Shown: positions 11,188 to 23,652 of the stretch, piece by piece
Layout: each line of letters opens with the position of its first letter
Numbering within the stretch: position 1 is the stretch's first letter
Origin: an uncultured Rivularia sp.
GTDB lineage: Bacteria > Cyanobacteriota > Cyanobacteriia > Cyanobacteriales > Nostocaceae
NCBI GenBank assembly: GCA_963665115.1
Contig: OY762007.1
Coordinates: 3,232,001 to 3,296,000 of the forward strand
Direction of reading: 5' to 3'
Length of the DNA stretch: 64,000 nucleotides
Program-made: the position numbers and the translations under genes
Notes under the pieces: model-generated
Database searches by the model: none
The model's input: the letters and a program-made list of their open reading frames with translations, nothing else
What the model was told of the DNA's origin: nothing

Positions 11188-12741
11188 CTACGGCTGCTGA
11201 TTCATAGCTACATTAGCCCCAGGGGTAGAAACTATTGATTTCTGCAACATAGGGGTGTTAGCAACCGAATTATTTGCCAAGGTAAATAATGGGTTGGAAA
11301 GAATTCCTGCAATAGAGGTGGCAATTAAAGTAGTTACCAAGCCTATTTGTAATGGTCTTAATCCAGGTAAATTCCAATTGATTGGGGGATAATTCTTCAC
11401 TACATCGGACATTTCTTGAGGTTCTTTCACTACCATCATCTTGACGACGCGGATGTAATAGTAAATAGATACCACGCTAGTAACCAAACCCAATAAAACT
11501 AAGCCATAAAGACCTGCTTGCCAACCTGCCCAGAAAAGGTAGATTTTACCAAAGAACCCGGCTAAAGGAGGAATGCCCCCCAAGGAAAGCAAAGAAAAGC
11601 TTAAACCCAAAGTCAAAAGTGGGTCTTTCTGATATAAACCAGAGTACTCGGTAATTTGGTCGGTTCCCGTCCGTAGAGAGAACAGAATTACGCAGGTAAA
11701 ACCACAAAGGTTCATAAACAGGTAAACTAGCAAGTAAAATATCATGCTGGAATATCCTGCTTCTGTGCCAGCAATCAAGCCAATCATCACAAACCCAGCT
11801 TGAGCAATAGATGAATAAGCCAGCATCCGTTTCATGCTAGTTTGGGCAAGGGCAACCACGTTACCCAATACCATACTTAATACAGCTAAAGCGGTAAATA
11901 CGAATCTCCACTCATCAGCCACCAGAGGAAATACTGTTGTTAGCAAACGGATAGCTAAAGCAAAACCCGCAGCTTTGGAACCTACAGATAAAAACGCAAT
12001 TACCGGAGTTGGTGCGCCTTCATATACATCTGGTGTCCATTGGTGAAAAGGTGCGGCAGATATTTTAAAACCTATACCAGCAATTACAAACACTAAGGCA
12101 ACAACTACACCCAAGGATTGACCGAGGTTTGCAGTTTCGATGCCAGTGGCGATCGCGCTCAGTTCAGTTTGTCCACCAGACAATCCGTAAAGCAGGGAAA
12201 CACCATACAAAAAGACGGCCGTGCTAGAAGCTCCAATCAACAAATATTTGAGTGAGGCTTCGTTAGAACGAGGGTCGCGCTTGGTATAACCTGTCAATAA
12301 ATAAGAGGAAATACTAAGAGTTTCTAAGGAGATGAAAACCATCACCAACTCATTAGCACCCGATAGAAACATTCCTCCAAGGGTGGCAGTAAGCAAAATA
12401 GCGATAAATTCTGCTAAGGCGGTACCACTTTGTTCAACGTAGCGAATTGACATCAAAATAGTGATAACCGCACTTAGAGCAATAATACCGCGAAATACGA
12501 TACTAAGGTCATCGCCATTGAAGGCACCAATAAATGATATGGGATTAGGATTATCCCATTGAAGATACAAAGCGACCAAAGAAGCAAGTAAACCTGCAAT
12601 TGCTAGATACCCAATCCAGCGTGCGGACGAACGTCCTAAAATCAAGTCTACGATCAAAACCCCTAAAAAGGTGATAATTACAATCCCCTCTGGTACTATC
12701 GTTCCAGCATTTAACTGGGATGCAAGGTTAACAAAATCCAT
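11188..12741 (-). CDS. ndhB: NAD(P)H-quinone oxidoreductase subunit 2 (NDH-1 NdhB)
   Basis: [21 protein letters not shown] start, [41 protein letters not shown]. Confidence 0.97.
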   Translation of the reverse strand: MDFVNLASQLNAGTIVPEGIVIITFLGVLIVDLILGRSSARWIGYLAIAGLLASLVALYLQWDNPNPISFIGAFNGDDLSIVFRGIIALSAVITILMSIRYVEQSGTALAEFIAILLTATLGGMFLSGANELVMVFISLETLSISSYLLTGYTKRDPRSNEASLKYLLIGASSTAVFLYGVSLLYGLSGGQTELSAIATGIETANLGQSLGVVVALVFVIAGIGFKISAAPFHQWTPDVYEGAPTPVIAFLSVGSKAAGFALAIRLLTTVFPLVADEWRFVFTALAVLSMVLGNVVALAQTSMKRMLAYSSIAQAGFVMIGLIAGTEAGYSSMIFYLLVYLFMNLCGFTCVILFSLRTGTDQITEYSGLYQKDPLLTLGLSFSLLSLGGIPPLAGFFGKIYLFWAGWQAGLYGLVLLGLVTSVVSIYYYIRVVKMMVVKEPQEMSDVVKNYPPINWNLPGLRPLQIGLVTTLIATSIAGILSNPLFTLANNSVANTPMLQKSIVSTPGANVAMNQQP

Positions 12742-13185
12742 GAGATATACAGGTTTCGACTATTAGACTTTCACACTAACTCTGTTAATTCTATTGTTTT
12801 TTACTGTTATTTCACCAAAATCATTCAAGATGAAAGTTAAATTCTACCTTTCAATTTGTATAGCTAAACATTTGTACTATATTTACTGCTATTAAAAAGT
12901 ACCTCTTGCATTAATGTCACAAACCGGGTTTTTTTCTAAGAAAGCATGAGCAGGACACTTGGTTTCTTTGGAGTTGTTGAGAGTGGTGCAAGATTTCAAT
13001 TAAAAAGCACCTCGTAAAAGGTGCTTTCGTAATTATTAAATCTAACTTTTATGTTTTCTTCAGTACTTAGTATGCTTTAATTTATCTAAAAATCGCTGAA
13101 ATAGTTGCTATACAAGGATTGTTATTTTCTACAATCGAGATTCGGGAACTAATAAATTTTTTCCTCTATTCCCTATTCCCTCTTC

Positions 13186-13287
13186 TAAGCTGCTGCACAT
13201 CTAATTTGTATTATCGTAGCGGGCAAGATGCCCGCACTACAAAACTTTCAAAAATTCCAATATACAAATTAAAAGATTTTTAGCTTA
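13186..13287. mobile_element. MITE-like element enclosing a REP palindrome (same family as 27733-27835)
   Basis: TAAGCTGCTGCACATCTAATTTGTA ... TACAAATTAAAAGATTTTTAGCTTA ends around GCGGGCAAGATGCCCGCACTAC. Confidence 0.6.
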
Positions 13288-13341
13288 CTACTATTTTATT
13301 GGCTTTCTAAACTACGGAAGAACAACTTTAATCAAAAGTTT

Positions 13342-13966
13342 TTAAGCTTCGTGGCGAACGCGAGGAGTACGTGCCCCAGCTGCTGCTCCAACCATTGATG
13401 CGATTAAACCCAGTAAAGAACCGAATACAAACCACCATAAACCTTTGGAAGTCGCTTCTGCAATTTGAGTAGCTTGTTGTGGATTAATGTTGGGTACATT
13501 TTGCGGAATATCAGCACTTTGTATCTGATTAATTACTTCCCCAGCGTTATAAGCCGCAACACCGAAAGCTCCAGATACACCACTTGCTAGCAACCAAGAA
13601 CTAACAGCTAAAGTTGTAGCCCAAAGAATTGCACCATTTAGCAAAGCTGTACTGCGATTCATGGGGCCCGCAAGCACGAGTTGTAATCCAACCAGCAACA
13701 AACAAGGAGATTAACAAAGCTATTGTTGACCAAATGCCTACGTTACCTGCAATATTGGGTGCAATACTTCCAGGTGTACTAGAGTCGGAAACAAACGTTG
13801 CTCCAATAGCACCGAACAAAGCGCTTAAAATTAATTGAGTAGCTAAACCAACCAACAAGCCAGAGATAATCGGACCCCAACGAACGCGATCGTGATAATC
13901 TACTACTCTACTTGTTACAACAGGTTCATTAATTACTTCTTCACCGACTCTATTTACATAAGACAT
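13342..13966 (-). CDS. Conserved multi-pass membrane protein, split by one extra base (probable sequencing error)
   Basis: ORFs 13601-13966 and 13342-13701 join as ...RACGPMNRSTALLNG... if one G is removed from GGGG at 13663-13666; DRVRWGPIISG N-terminal motif. Confidence 0.75.
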
Positions 13967-14449
13967 TATTTAGATATCTCCTGATTTTTTAACTAAAAAC
14001 TTTTTGAGCAATACTACTGCTTATAGTTAATAATTAAACGATCAATCTTAGCAATGCAAATCTATCCAACGGTATAGTTATTAGCTCTATCTTTAGCTAT
14101 AAGATACTGTTTTTAATCTTCGACAAAAGTTAACTTTTATTAAGGATATAATTTGATAACTTGTTGATGTTTTTTTTATAAAGATAAACCTAAAAAGCAA
14201 AAAATAGTAGGAATAGGTTTCGCGTCAATGCTATACTGTAAATAGCTTTTAAATTAAAAAATATTTTTAATTGTATCTTGAAAAAAGTTATTAGCTGTAC
14301 CAGTAGATGAATTCAATATAGTCGAAAATGACATCCCGGAGACAGAATAATTAGAAAACATTTTTTTAAAATTACTGTCTCCAGAGTGCCTATAACTTAC
14401 AGAAAATATTGACAATAATTACTTGTAAGCTATGTTTATGTGCTTGATA

Positions 14450-14779
14450 TTATTCACGTACTCTGACGGCAGTACCTACAGCAGTAATTAGTAATAAAAC
14501 ACCCGATTGATCGACATTGATTGTACCAGTATCAATTTCAATCCCGACAACAGCATTTGCTCCCAAACGCTGCGCTCGTTTTTCTAATTCTGAAAGTGCT
14601 TTTTGTTGACCTTCTTCAAATAAACGCTCGTAGCTACCTGTCCGTCCACCGATAATATCTCTTAAACCGGCGAAAAAATCTCGCATGAAATTACTGCCAT
14701 AAACAACTTCCGCCGTTACAACCCCTAAATAGGATTCAACGATAGCTCCTTGAATGACATCAGTAGTCGTAATAATCAT
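14450..14779 (-). CDS. YbjQ / UPF0145 family protein
   Basis: MIITTTDVIQG, RDFFAGLRDIIGGRTGSYE, GANAVVGI, GTAV. Confidence 0.92.
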   Translation of the reverse strand: MIITTTDVIQGAIVESYLGVVTAEVVYGSNFMRDFFAGLRDIIGGRTGSYERLFEEGQQKALSELEKRAQRLGANAVVGIEIDTGTINVDQSGVLLLITAVGTAVRVRE

Positions 14780-15676
14780 AGGTTTGCCTTCATAACTGGG
14801 TTATAATTCCAATTGTGAATGATTCTGCAATCAAATAAATCTCCCTCCGCAAGAAGATGCTTAGAAAGCAATAATTATAATCGTGCAAAAGTAATTTAAG
14901 ATTTTGTTTAGATAGTGAATAGGCAACAGGAAACGGTAATATAAGATTTAAGATAGCTACCTAACTTAATCGGGTGCTTTTGTTTAGCTTGTTAAATATT
15001 TTTTTCAAAAGTACAGCTATTACAGTTCTCTTATATGTTTTATAGCCGTTTTACTAGGTAAAGGGGTTAACACAATAATTAAAGGTTTGTGTAATATCAG
15101 CGTATTACAAATCTATTGCAAACGCAGATATATCTCAATCGTAATCTATTATCTACTAAATCAGTCCTGCAACAAACCATTGCTAAGTAGTCAGGTAAAA
15201 TTATTTATATATTTTAATATATTTTATTTACTGCTCAGTGATGTAATCGTGCCCTATTCCCTACCTAAACGAAATGTTTAATTAATTTTGCACAAATGCT
15301 TATCTAGGAATAAATAAAAAATTAGCGTAAGCCTAAAATTATGTTCCGTGGCTTAGTTGTAGGCAACAATACATTTAAATAATACTGAATAAAAAACAAC
15401 GATATAATACATTAGATATACATACTCTTTAATGAACTAGCTTTTAAACAGCGAAATTACCTAATATAGAGGTTTACTGCTCGAAATAGTAAACAAACAT
15501 TTCATAACCGAGTAATTACTTAGAAAAAATGCTTTTGTATCGCAGTAACGATAAATTAATTGTAAAATTCAAAAAAAGTAAGCAAATAGAGTTTTCAAAA
15601 TTCAATATTTTTGTTTTAATGGACAAGCATAAATTTAAGTTGTGGTAAAGTTGCGAAAACTTTCAGGTATTCAACT

Positions 15677-16357
15677 GTGTACAATCGAACATATTCTCTC
15701 ATCAGTGTTCTCTTAATAGGAAGTGTTGCTTCTGCAATGCCTTCTGTAGCTCGGGCTGAAGTAAAAGTGGCGCAGAAAAGCACTCAGCAGGTAAAAATAC
15801 TGCTGGATGAAGGGCGCAGGCTGGTAAAATCTGGTGACTTTAATGGCGCAATCAGAGTTTATCAAGAAGCTTCGAGCTTAGAACCAAAAAACGGCAGTAT
15901 TTATTCTGGTATTGGTTACTTGTATGCTCAGCAAGGGAATTATCGTGCAGCATTAGCATCTTACCGTCGTGCTGTGTCCTTAAATCCCAATAATGCCGAT
16001 TATCAATATGCTTTGGCTTACGTTAGCGGTAGCATGGGCGATAATAAAACGGCTAAAACAGCTTACCGTAAGTCCATACAAATCAACCGTGAAAACGTTA
16101 ATTCCTACATTGGATTAGCTTTGATTTTGTTACGTTTAGGCGAATATGATAACGCCAAATGGGCATATGAGAAGGTTGTAGAGTTAGACCCAAAAAATCC
16201 TCAAGCTTACGAGTTACGAGGTAGAATCTTGATGAAGAAAGGTCAGTCAAAAGAAGCAGCAGGAGCTTTGAAGAAGGCACAAAATTTATACGAGAGCCAG
16301 AAAAAATGGGACGCTGTTGCTCGGATAGATATAATGTTGCGTGATATTGAGGGGTAA
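15677..16357 (+). CDS. Exported tetratricopeptide-repeat protein
   Basis: Signal peptide ending ARA; several TPR-like repeats (e.g. ALASYRRAVSLNPNNADYQYALA). Confidence 0.85.
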   Translation: MYNRTYSLISVLLIGSVASAMPSVARAEVKVAQKSTQQVKILLDEGRRLVKSGDFNGAIRVYQEASSLEPKNGSIYSGIGYLYAQQGNYRAALASYRRAVSLNPNNADYQYALAYVSGSMGDNKTAKTAYRKSIQINRENVNSYIGLALILLRLGEYDNAKWAYEKVVELDPKNPQAYELRGRILMKKGQSKEAAGALKKAQNLYESQKKWDAVARIDIMLRDIEG

Positions 16358-17234
16358 ATTACCTTCTATTTTTTATCTTAATAATAGATAAAAAGTGACT
16401 GATGCTGACTTTCGATACTAGTACAATCCACCTATTCAGTAGGAATTGACTTATATGAATAAATAGGACTGTATCAAGAAAGCGTATTAACTTTATTGTT
16501 TGCTCGTGTCGTTTATCAATATTGACTCGAAGCAAGGTGGGAGTTGGAGATTATACTGTACTTATCCCACTTGCTTCATTCTCAAGCAATAACTTTACTT
16601 TTAATAATATTAGATACTAAAATATACAAATATAGTAGTTATTTTTATTCGTAATTATTCGTAAAAAGTGTCTAAAAGTTTTTTAAATTACATCATATTT
16701 CAAATTTAAGCTTAGAACCTAAGTTTAAATTCGCGTCGTCTCTAGCAGATTTTTGAATCCAGTTTCGACTTTTCTATGTGTTTGTGAAATATCTGTCTAT
16801 GTAAGTGCGAGCGCTTTTTAAGCAGCTTTGAGCGCTCTTGAAGCTCTTGTGACTGCTCATCAAGGTAGCTTATAGAGACCTCTGAGGTTTTTACTATCAA
16901 ATATCTATCCATTAATTTTATTTTTGCGATCAAGTTTAATGCTCTTATTCTCCCTAATTAAAATTGCTAAGTAAACTAGCATAAGAGATAATTAAAGATT
17001 AAAGTATTTGCACCTAAAGATATGAATGTTTGTTTCTCAAGATTAAATTTTAATCATCTTTAGTCATAAGAACTCAAAAAAAGCCTGCCAAATTAACCAA
17101 AAGGTAGTCAGTTTGATTAAAAAAACTATCAAAAAATTGTGTTCGTAGAGGGTGTTATGGGCAAGAATGTTCTGACTTAAACAAGTGTATTTTATTTAAC
17201 TATAAACCGATTATATAAATTTAAATCCATCAAC

Positions 17235-18591
17235 TTATGCGTTTAGACTAAAAGGAATTGAAATGATAAATTCGCTTCCTGTTCCTAATTCTGAAATACA
17301 TTCAATTTCTCCGTTATGGTTATCAACGATGATTTGATAACTAACTGCTAATCCCATTCCAGTACCTTTACCTACTACTTTTGTAGTAAAAAATGGGTCA
17401 AATAAACGTTTGCTTGCTTCTTGAGTTATTCCAATACCATTATCAGTAATGTGAATTATAGCTTTGTTATCTACTGTCTCTGTAATAATCTTAATCTGAG
17501 GATTAGAAGTATTGTTTAGTTCTGATTTTTCTTCTAATGCATCAATTGCATTAGAGATTACGCTCATGAATACTTGATTTAACTGTTTCGGATAACATTC
17601 CACTTTTGGTAACTGAGCATACTCTTTTATGACTTGGATTTGTTTTCTATGAGGAGCTTGATTTATACGATGCTGCAATAGAATTATCGTATTTTCAATG
17701 CCTGCATGAATATCTACAGACTTGTAATTAGCTTCGTCAAGGTGAGAAAAATCTCTCAAGGATTGCACAATTTTACCGATTCTTTCGGCACCTTGATGCA
17801 TTGACTGAAGCAAGTTAGGAAAATCTTTGATAATAAAATCTAAATCAATATCATCTATATGTTGGTCAATTTCTGCTGCGGCTTCAGGATAATTCTTCCG
17901 ATATAAATTAATTAAACTAAGTAAATCTCCTAAATAACCTGTTGCTGCATCAATATTTCCATAAATAAAGCTAGTAGGATTATTTATTTCATGGGCTACA
18001 CCTGCAACTAAGCTGCCCAAAGATGCCATCTTTTCAGAAAGCAATAATTGGGCTTGAGTCAGTTTTAACTTGGCAAGGGTTTTTTCTAATTCTTGTGCTT
18101 TCTGCCGTTTCTCTTAATTCTGATTGTTGAAGTGCTTCTTCTGCTCGTTTGCGCTCGCTGATATCTCGCGCTACCCAAACCGCTTGAGTTTCACAAATAG
18201 GCGAAATACTTGCACTAAACCAATACTTAGTTTCTTCGACAACAAGACTGTAATCGTAATGAATTGTTTGTACTAATTTCAAAGCTTGACTAACTTTTTC
18301 TAACCAGGTTAGTTTAGCTTGTTCTTGAAAAAACTGTTCTACCGTTTCTCCAATCAAATCTATATCGCTATCTGAACTACTATATTTTGTAGGTATGATT
18401 TCTACATTACTTAGTACATTTCCATCAGCATGGATAATAAGCACTATGTCCGTCATTGCCTCAAAAATTGCTCTTACTTTGTTTTCGGAGCTACTCAGCT
18501 TTTCTTCAAGTAAATCGCGCTCTAGCATATCTTTTTTCAGTTTCTGATTTATTTTTTTTAATTCAGATAATTGCTGATAAAGTTCATCCAT
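17235..18591 (-). CDS. PAS-domain sensor histidine kinase, split by one extra base near 18108-18110
   Basis: PAS end WVARDISERKRAEEAL; removing one base gives ELRERQKAQELEKTLAKLKLTQAQLLLSEKMASLG, in frame with GVAHEINNP and the HATPase domain. Confidence 0.85.
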
Positions 18592-18728
18592 GAAATTATC
18601 TTATTATTTTTGGCTAAAGCCGTATTTTTTATACTGAATTAATATACTAGAAAAGAAAGTAAGCAAAGGTGAAAAAAAGCTACATTAATTAATGATGCAA
18701 TTAACAAGCATAATAAGAACATATATAA

Positions 18729-20423
18729 TTATTTTTCCGAGTTTTTATAAGCATTTTTTCTCGCCAGCCAATTGCTAGCAATTGGCATTCGCCAACCAGT
18801 ACCGAAAGCGCGATCTGTAATTTTGATTCCTGGGGGTGCCTGTCGCCGCTTAAATTCTGCACGAGTCACCATTTGAATAATTCGGTTGACAATTGATACA
18901 TCATGCCCTGCTGCAATTATTTGCTCTGCTGATTGATAATCATTAATTAAACGTTGCAAAATATCATCTAAAACTTCGTAATCTGGTAATGAATCTCGAT
19001 CGAGTTGATCGGGTTTAAGCTCTGCACTCGGTGCTTTAGTTAAAACATTTTGCGGAATTACTTCGCCGTTTCTGTTTAACCAATGACAGATCGAGTAAAC
19101 GCGGGTTTTAGGAACATCGGCAATCACGGCTAAACCACCATTCATATCGCCGTATAAAGTGCAGTAACCAACTGCCATCTCCGACTTGTTACCAGTTGAT
19201 AGCAGAAGATAACCAAATTTATTTGAAATTGCCATTAATAAGTTACCGCGAATTCGAGATTGGATGTTCTCTTCTGCCAATCCAAATTCAGTATCTGCAA
19301 ATAATTCTGCAAAGGTACCGTCATAAGACTTCATTAAATCTCCTATCGGCAGCTTTTGCGTGGTTATGCCAAGATTTTTCGCCAAGTCATCGGCATCCTG
19401 GATCGAAGATTCTGAACTGTAAGGAGAAGGCATCAACACGCCGAGTACATTTTCTTTTCCTAACGCTGCTGTGGCGATCGCCGCAACAATCGATGAATCA
19501 ATACCGCCACTTAAACCTAAAACTATTTTGGAAAAACGACATTTTTGAACGTAATCTTTTACTCCCAATACCAAAGCCTGCCAAATTTCTTCGTCTTCGC
19601 ATTTATAATCGGGTGCAATAGAGCCTACATTCAAATCAAGATTTTGTTTATCAAATTCTAGTTTAAGTAAATCAGTATCAAAACCACAAGCACGAGAAAT
19701 TACTTCACCGCGTTTATTCAAAGCAAAACTTCTACCATCAAAAATTAAATCGTCATTACCACCTACCTGATTTACATAGATAATTGGTGTTTTAAAACGT
19801 ATTGCAGTATGTTTCAACATAGCTTCGCGGAAGTGCTGTTTACCAAATGTATAAGGTGAAGCTGATAAATTAACAACTATATCTACGTTTAATTGAGATA
19901 ATTCGGCAATCGGATTTATGGAATAACTGCGCTTGCCAAAAAATTCTTCATCATTCCATAAATCTTCGCAAATCGTTACGCCGATTTTAACGTTATTTAA
20001 AGTAAAATAATTTACTTTATTACCAGCTTCAAAATATCGATGTTCGTCAAACACATCATAAGTTGGTAGCAATCGCTTGTGAAATATCTGTTTTACTTTT
20101 CCTTCAGCAAGTAAAGCAATGCTGTTATAAAGAGATTTACCTCCAGCAATATCTGCCTTCGTATTTTCTTCAGCGGTTCCGACTAATACCGCTAAATTAG
20201 CTGGTAAATCCTTGGCTAATTGTTGCAAAGCTATATTCATAGCCTGCATAAAATCAGGTTTTAATAATAAATCTCGTGGAGGATAGCCGCATAAAGAAAG
20301 TTCAGGAGTTAATAATAAATCGGCTTTATCTGCTACTGCTTTGTTGGCAGCCTCGATAATTTTTTGAATATTTCCGGGTATATCGCCAATAATTGGGTTG
20401 ATTTGAGCTATTGTAATTTTCAT
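18729..20423 (-). CDS. nadE: Glutamine-dependent NAD+ synthetase
   Basis: Nitrilase-type N-domain (TPELSLCGYPP, KRLLPTYDVFDE, ICEDLW) plus GLSGGIDSS, ENIQSRIRG, PSAELKPDQ. Confidence 0.96.
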   Translation of the reverse strand: MKITIAQINPIIGDIPGNIQKIIEAANKAVADKADLLLTPELSLCGYPPRDLLLKPDFMQAMNIALQQLAKDLPANLAVLVGTAEENTKADIAGGKSLYNSIALLAEGKVKQIFHKRLLPTYDVFDEHRYFEAGNKVNYFTLNNVKIGVTICEDLWNDEEFFGKRSYSINPIAELSQLNVDIVVNLSASPYTFGKQHFREAMLKHTAIRFKTPIIYVNQVGGNDDLIFDGRSFALNKRGEVISRACGFDTDLLKLEFDKQNLDLNVGSIAPDYKCEDEEIWQALVLGVKDYVQKCRFSKIVLGLSGGIDSSIVAAIATAALGKENVLGVLMPSPYSSESSIQDADDLAKNLGITTQKLPIGDLMKSYDGTFAELFADTEFGLAEENIQSRIRGNLLMAISNKFGYLLLSTGNKSEMAVGYCTLYGDMNGGLAVIADVPKTRVYSICHWLNRNGEVIPQNVLTKAPSAELKPDQLDRDSLPDYEVLDDILQRLINDYQSAEQIIAAGHDVSIVNRIIQMVTRAEFKRRQAPPGIKITDRAFGTGWRMPIASNWLARKNAYKNSEK

Positions 20424-20535
20424 TTATTAATTATTAATTGGGGAATTGGGAATAGGGAATTGGGAGTTAATATTATTTACTGATATTTCCTTTCTTTATT
20501 CTCTGTTTTGCTTTTATTAAATCATCTATATCAAA

Positions 20536-21282
20536 TTAAATAAAAACTAAAGGCTTATCTTTAAAAGGTGCGAAAGCTTCTGCATCAAACTGATACAAAC
20601 TAGCAGGACGACCGGCACCTCGCGACACTTTTATTCCGGTATCGGATAAAAAACCTAGTTTTAATAAGCGAGCGCGAAAATTAGAATAGTCAGAAAAATT
20701 TTCTCCTAAAACAGTAGTATAAAACTGATATAAATCGTTCAAAGTAAACTGTTCTGGTAATACATCAAAAGCGACAGGAGAATACTCTAATTTATTTCGC
20801 AAACGCTTGTGTCCGTATGAAATTATTTCATTATGGTCAAATGCTAATGATGGTATTTCTTTTACCGGGTACCAAGCTACATCGGCGACGCTATCGGTAA
20901 TTAATTGTGCTTCTTCAAATCGTACTAAAGCAAAATAACTTACCGATAAATAACGCACTCCATAACTATCGCTTGCTTCCCTTGGGTCGCGTTGGGGGCC
21001 GCCAAAAGTATATAATTGCTCTAAATAAAGGTTTTCAACACAAATTTTCTCAGCCATAATTCTATAGGCTGCATCTTCTAAAGACTCTCCTTCACGAACT
21101 AAAGTCCCTGGAAGACCCCAAGTTTTTGCAAATGGCTCTGAAGGGCGCATTATTAATAGAACTAACAGCCTATTTTGAGCAATATCAACTGAAAAAATCG
21201 CATTATCAACACCTACTTTGAAATCAGCTAAGGGCTGTTGATTTAAGGTTGGTAAAGTTTTGTTTTGGTTGAGTCTTGGCAT
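20536..21282 (-). CDS. nrtR: NrtR Nudix-related transcriptional regulator
   Basis: Nudix-like N-domain (WGLPG..RDPR..LAFDH) plus winged helix (FTLNDLYQFY, NFRARLL, GRPASLY) inside a NAD operon. Confidence 0.9.
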   Translation of the reverse strand: MPRLNQNKTLPTLNQQPLADFKVGVDNAIFSVDIAQNRLLVLLIMRPSEPFAKTWGLPGTLVREGESLEDAAYRIMAEKICVENLYLEQLYTFGGPQRDPREASDSYGVRYLSVSYFALVRFEEAQLITDSVADVAWYPVKEIPSLAFDHNEIISYGHKRLRNKLEYSPVAFDVLPEQFTLNDLYQFYTTVLGENFSDYSNFRARLLKLGFLSDTGIKVSRGAGRPASLYQFDAEAFAPFKDKPLVFI

Positions 21283-21842
21283 TCGTATAAATGCTTTTGA
21301 TTAATATAAGCAGCTACAGAGGGTGTCAAAGCTTGAGTATCGCCATGTTCGCGATACGCTGTTGAAGAAACATCTAATCCTGTAAGGTTCGCTACAGTAA
21401 TTTCTCCTCCTAATTCACGTACATGAAGCAAACTACTTTCATCTATGGTATATCCCGGTCTTGGTATCACCAATACTTCTGCCTCTTGCAACAAAGATTC
21501 AATTCTATACCAACGCTGGAATTGTTCGAGTAAATCAGAACCAATTATCACGACAAATTCACTATCTTTACCCCAACGTTGTTTGGCATTTTCTACTGTT
21601 GTCACGGTTCTCAAATGGCTTAACTCCTGCTCCAAAGCAATATTTTGCCTTAGTGGGTTAATATCAGCAATCAATAACCGTAACATTTCAACGCGATTTT
21701 CTAAAGATGTTTGATGAGATTTAAAAGGATTATTTGCTGCCCAAACTGTTACTAAATCGTAATGATGAGATAACCAAACTAAAACAGCTTGATGTCCTGC
21801 TGTTGGCGGATCTGCACTTGTACCAAATAATGCAATTTTCAT
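21243..21842 (-). CDS. nadD: Nicotinate-nucleotide adenylyltransferase
   Basis: IALFGTSADPPTAGH, NPFK, IIGSD, VSSTAYR; operon context. Confidence 0.88.
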   Translation of the reverse strand: MKIALFGTSADPPTAGHQAVLVWLSHHYDLVTVWAANNPFKSHQTSLENRVEMLRLLIADINPLRQNIALEQELSHLRTVTTVENAKQRWGKDSEFVVIIGSDLLEQFQRWYRIESLLQEAEVLVIPRPGYTIDESSLLHVRELGGEITVANLTGLDVSSTAYREHGDTQALTPSVAAYINQKHLYECQDSTKTKLYQP

Positions 21843-21948
21843 TATTAGTTATTAGTTGTTAGTTGTTAGTTGTTAGTTATTAGATGTTAGATTTTAAGAG
21901 CAATAATTAAAACTAAATTCAATAAACGCATTTTCTACTGTTAACTGC

Positions 21949-23343
21949 TCACTGCTCACTGTTAACTGCTTTTGTCTGCTCGGTTAACTGTTGTAGAGAA
22001 GTTGAAATTTCTACTGGCATTGATGTTTCGGAATCTAAGTTTCTAATCTGAGGAGATAAACTGGCAACTGAAGCGACTGTTCGTTTTCTTATTATTCCAA
22101 TCGTATCTTGAGGTTCTAATCGTTTACCATTTTTCATAAATAATTTTAGTAAAGGTTGCTTGTCTGGATAATTTTCCGAAACTAATCCCAAAGTATCTTT
22201 CTTCAATTCACCTTTGACAAACTCGCGAAAAATCTGCTTTCTTCCTGGGTAACTAACTTTGCCGCTAGACTGCTTCATCACCGGGATACCGTCTATTTCC
22301 ACAAGTTTGTAAACTCCATTTATTGGCTTACCTGTCACCAATCGGGTTCCTATGCCATAACCATCGATTTGGGCATTATTTTTAAGTTTGGCAATTTCCC
22401 ATTCGTCTATATCTCCACTCGCAAAAATTGATACGTTTGGCAAAATTTCTCTGACTTGTTTTGATAATGCTACCAAATCTCCAGAATCTAATCTCACTCC
22501 CGTTAACTTTATTTCTCCCGCTTTTACTTTAACTGCTAATTCACGAGCGGCAGCAATTGTATCATAAGTATCAATTAATAAAGGTGCGCCTGGAAAATAT
22601 TGATGAAATGCACTAAAAGCCTGTTCTTCACTACCTTCTAATGCACAAAGCGCCATAACTAAAGCATGAGCCATTGTACCGCTAGGTTTTTCACCAAGTT
22701 TTAGTGCTGCCAACACGTTGGATGTCGCATCAAAGCCTGCTGCTAATGCCGCTCTCGCCGCCCACAACGACGCTTGGGGGCTGAATGCTCGTCTCGTACC
22801 GAATTCCAACAATGTTGTTTTTTCTCCTGCAACATCGCGCGATCGCGCTGCTCTGGTTGCAATCAATGTCTGATAATTTAAGGTATTGAGCAAGTAAGTT
22901 TCTACCAACTGCGCTTGCCATAACGGTGCTTCAATTCGCAATAAAGGTTCCAGAGCGAATACCGCAGTGCCTTCTGGAACAGCCCATACATCCCCCGTAA
23001 ATTTCCCGGTTTGCAATAACGACCAAAATTCTACAGGTGCCGATGCAAAAATTTCCGTTTGTTGCAAAGCCTTAATTTGATCGTCATTAAAGCTAAAATT
23101 TTCCAGATATTCCAGCACCTGCTCCAAACCCATCGCGATCGCATAACCAAATCCTTCTGGAAGTCTTCTAGCAAATACTTCAAAACTGGCTCTTTTTTGA
23201 TCTACATTTTCACCCTTATAACAAGCCGCCATCGTCAATTGATAAAGGTCTGTCAATAAACTATAATCCTCGCTGGAAATAGTCAATTGCTCGGATATTG
23301 ACGTACACTCGCGCTTAAACAAACTTGTCATACAGAAAAGCAC
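21949..23343 (-). CDS. pncB: Nicotinate phosphoribosyltransferase (start probably ATG 23331)
   Basis: LLTDLYQLTM, EFGTRRA, GTMAHA, LIDTYD, VRLDSGD, GIGT. Confidence 0.9.
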   Translation of the reverse strand: MLFCMTSLFKRECTSISEQLTISSEDYSLLTDLYQLTMAACYKGENVDQKRASFEVFARRLPEGFGYAIAMGLEQVLEYLENFSFNDDQIKALQQTEIFASAPVEFWSLLQTGKFTGDVWAVPEGTAVFALEPLLRIEAPLWQAQLVETYLLNTLNYQTLIATRAARSRDVAGEKTTLLEFGTRRAFSPQASLWAARAALAAGFDATSNVLAALKLGEKPSGTMAHALVMALCALEGSEEQAFSAFHQYFPGAPLLIDTYDTIAAARELAVKVKAGEIKLTGVRLDSGDLVALSKQVREILPNVSIFASGDIDEWEIAKLKNNAQIDGYGIGTRLVTGKPINGVYKLVEIDGIPVMKQSSGKVSYPGRKQIFREFVKGELKKDTLGLVSENYPDKQPLLKLFMKNGKRLEPQDTIGIIRKRTVASVASLSPQIRNLDSETSMPVEISTSLQQLTEQTKAVNSEQ

Positions 23344-23362
23344 CTTGGCAACACCTATTTGT

Positions 23363-23387
23363 ATTTATGGTAGTTTTCACCATAAAT
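23363..23387. promoter_or_regulatory. NrtR operator upstream of the NAD operon
   Basis: Perfect inverted repeat ATTTATGGT-AGTTTTC-ACCATAAAT (GT-N7-AC core) about 30 bp upstream of pncB, with nrtR in the operon. Confidence 0.8.
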
Positions 23388-23652
23388 CATGTCAATAGCT
23401 AATTTAGGGAATTGGGCATGGGGAAGAATTAATAATTCCTAATTCCTAACTTCTAATTGATTACTAATTTAAGTTAAGATAAATAATGGTTATTCTTTTA
23501 CAGAAAAAACCTAAAGTATTGCAAAGCAAGTTGAAGAAGAGTTGCGAATACTTTCGATATATTGAGAAGTCGAATTAATTTCTCATATAGGAAATAAAGT
23601 AGAGATATCAAGTTTTAAAAGATAAAAATAAAAACTGAAGGAGATTACCTTT

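Noticed and set aside
16742..16933. 63-aa ORF (also 15087-15281)
   Set aside because: No recognisable motif; cannot be distinguished from chance ORFs
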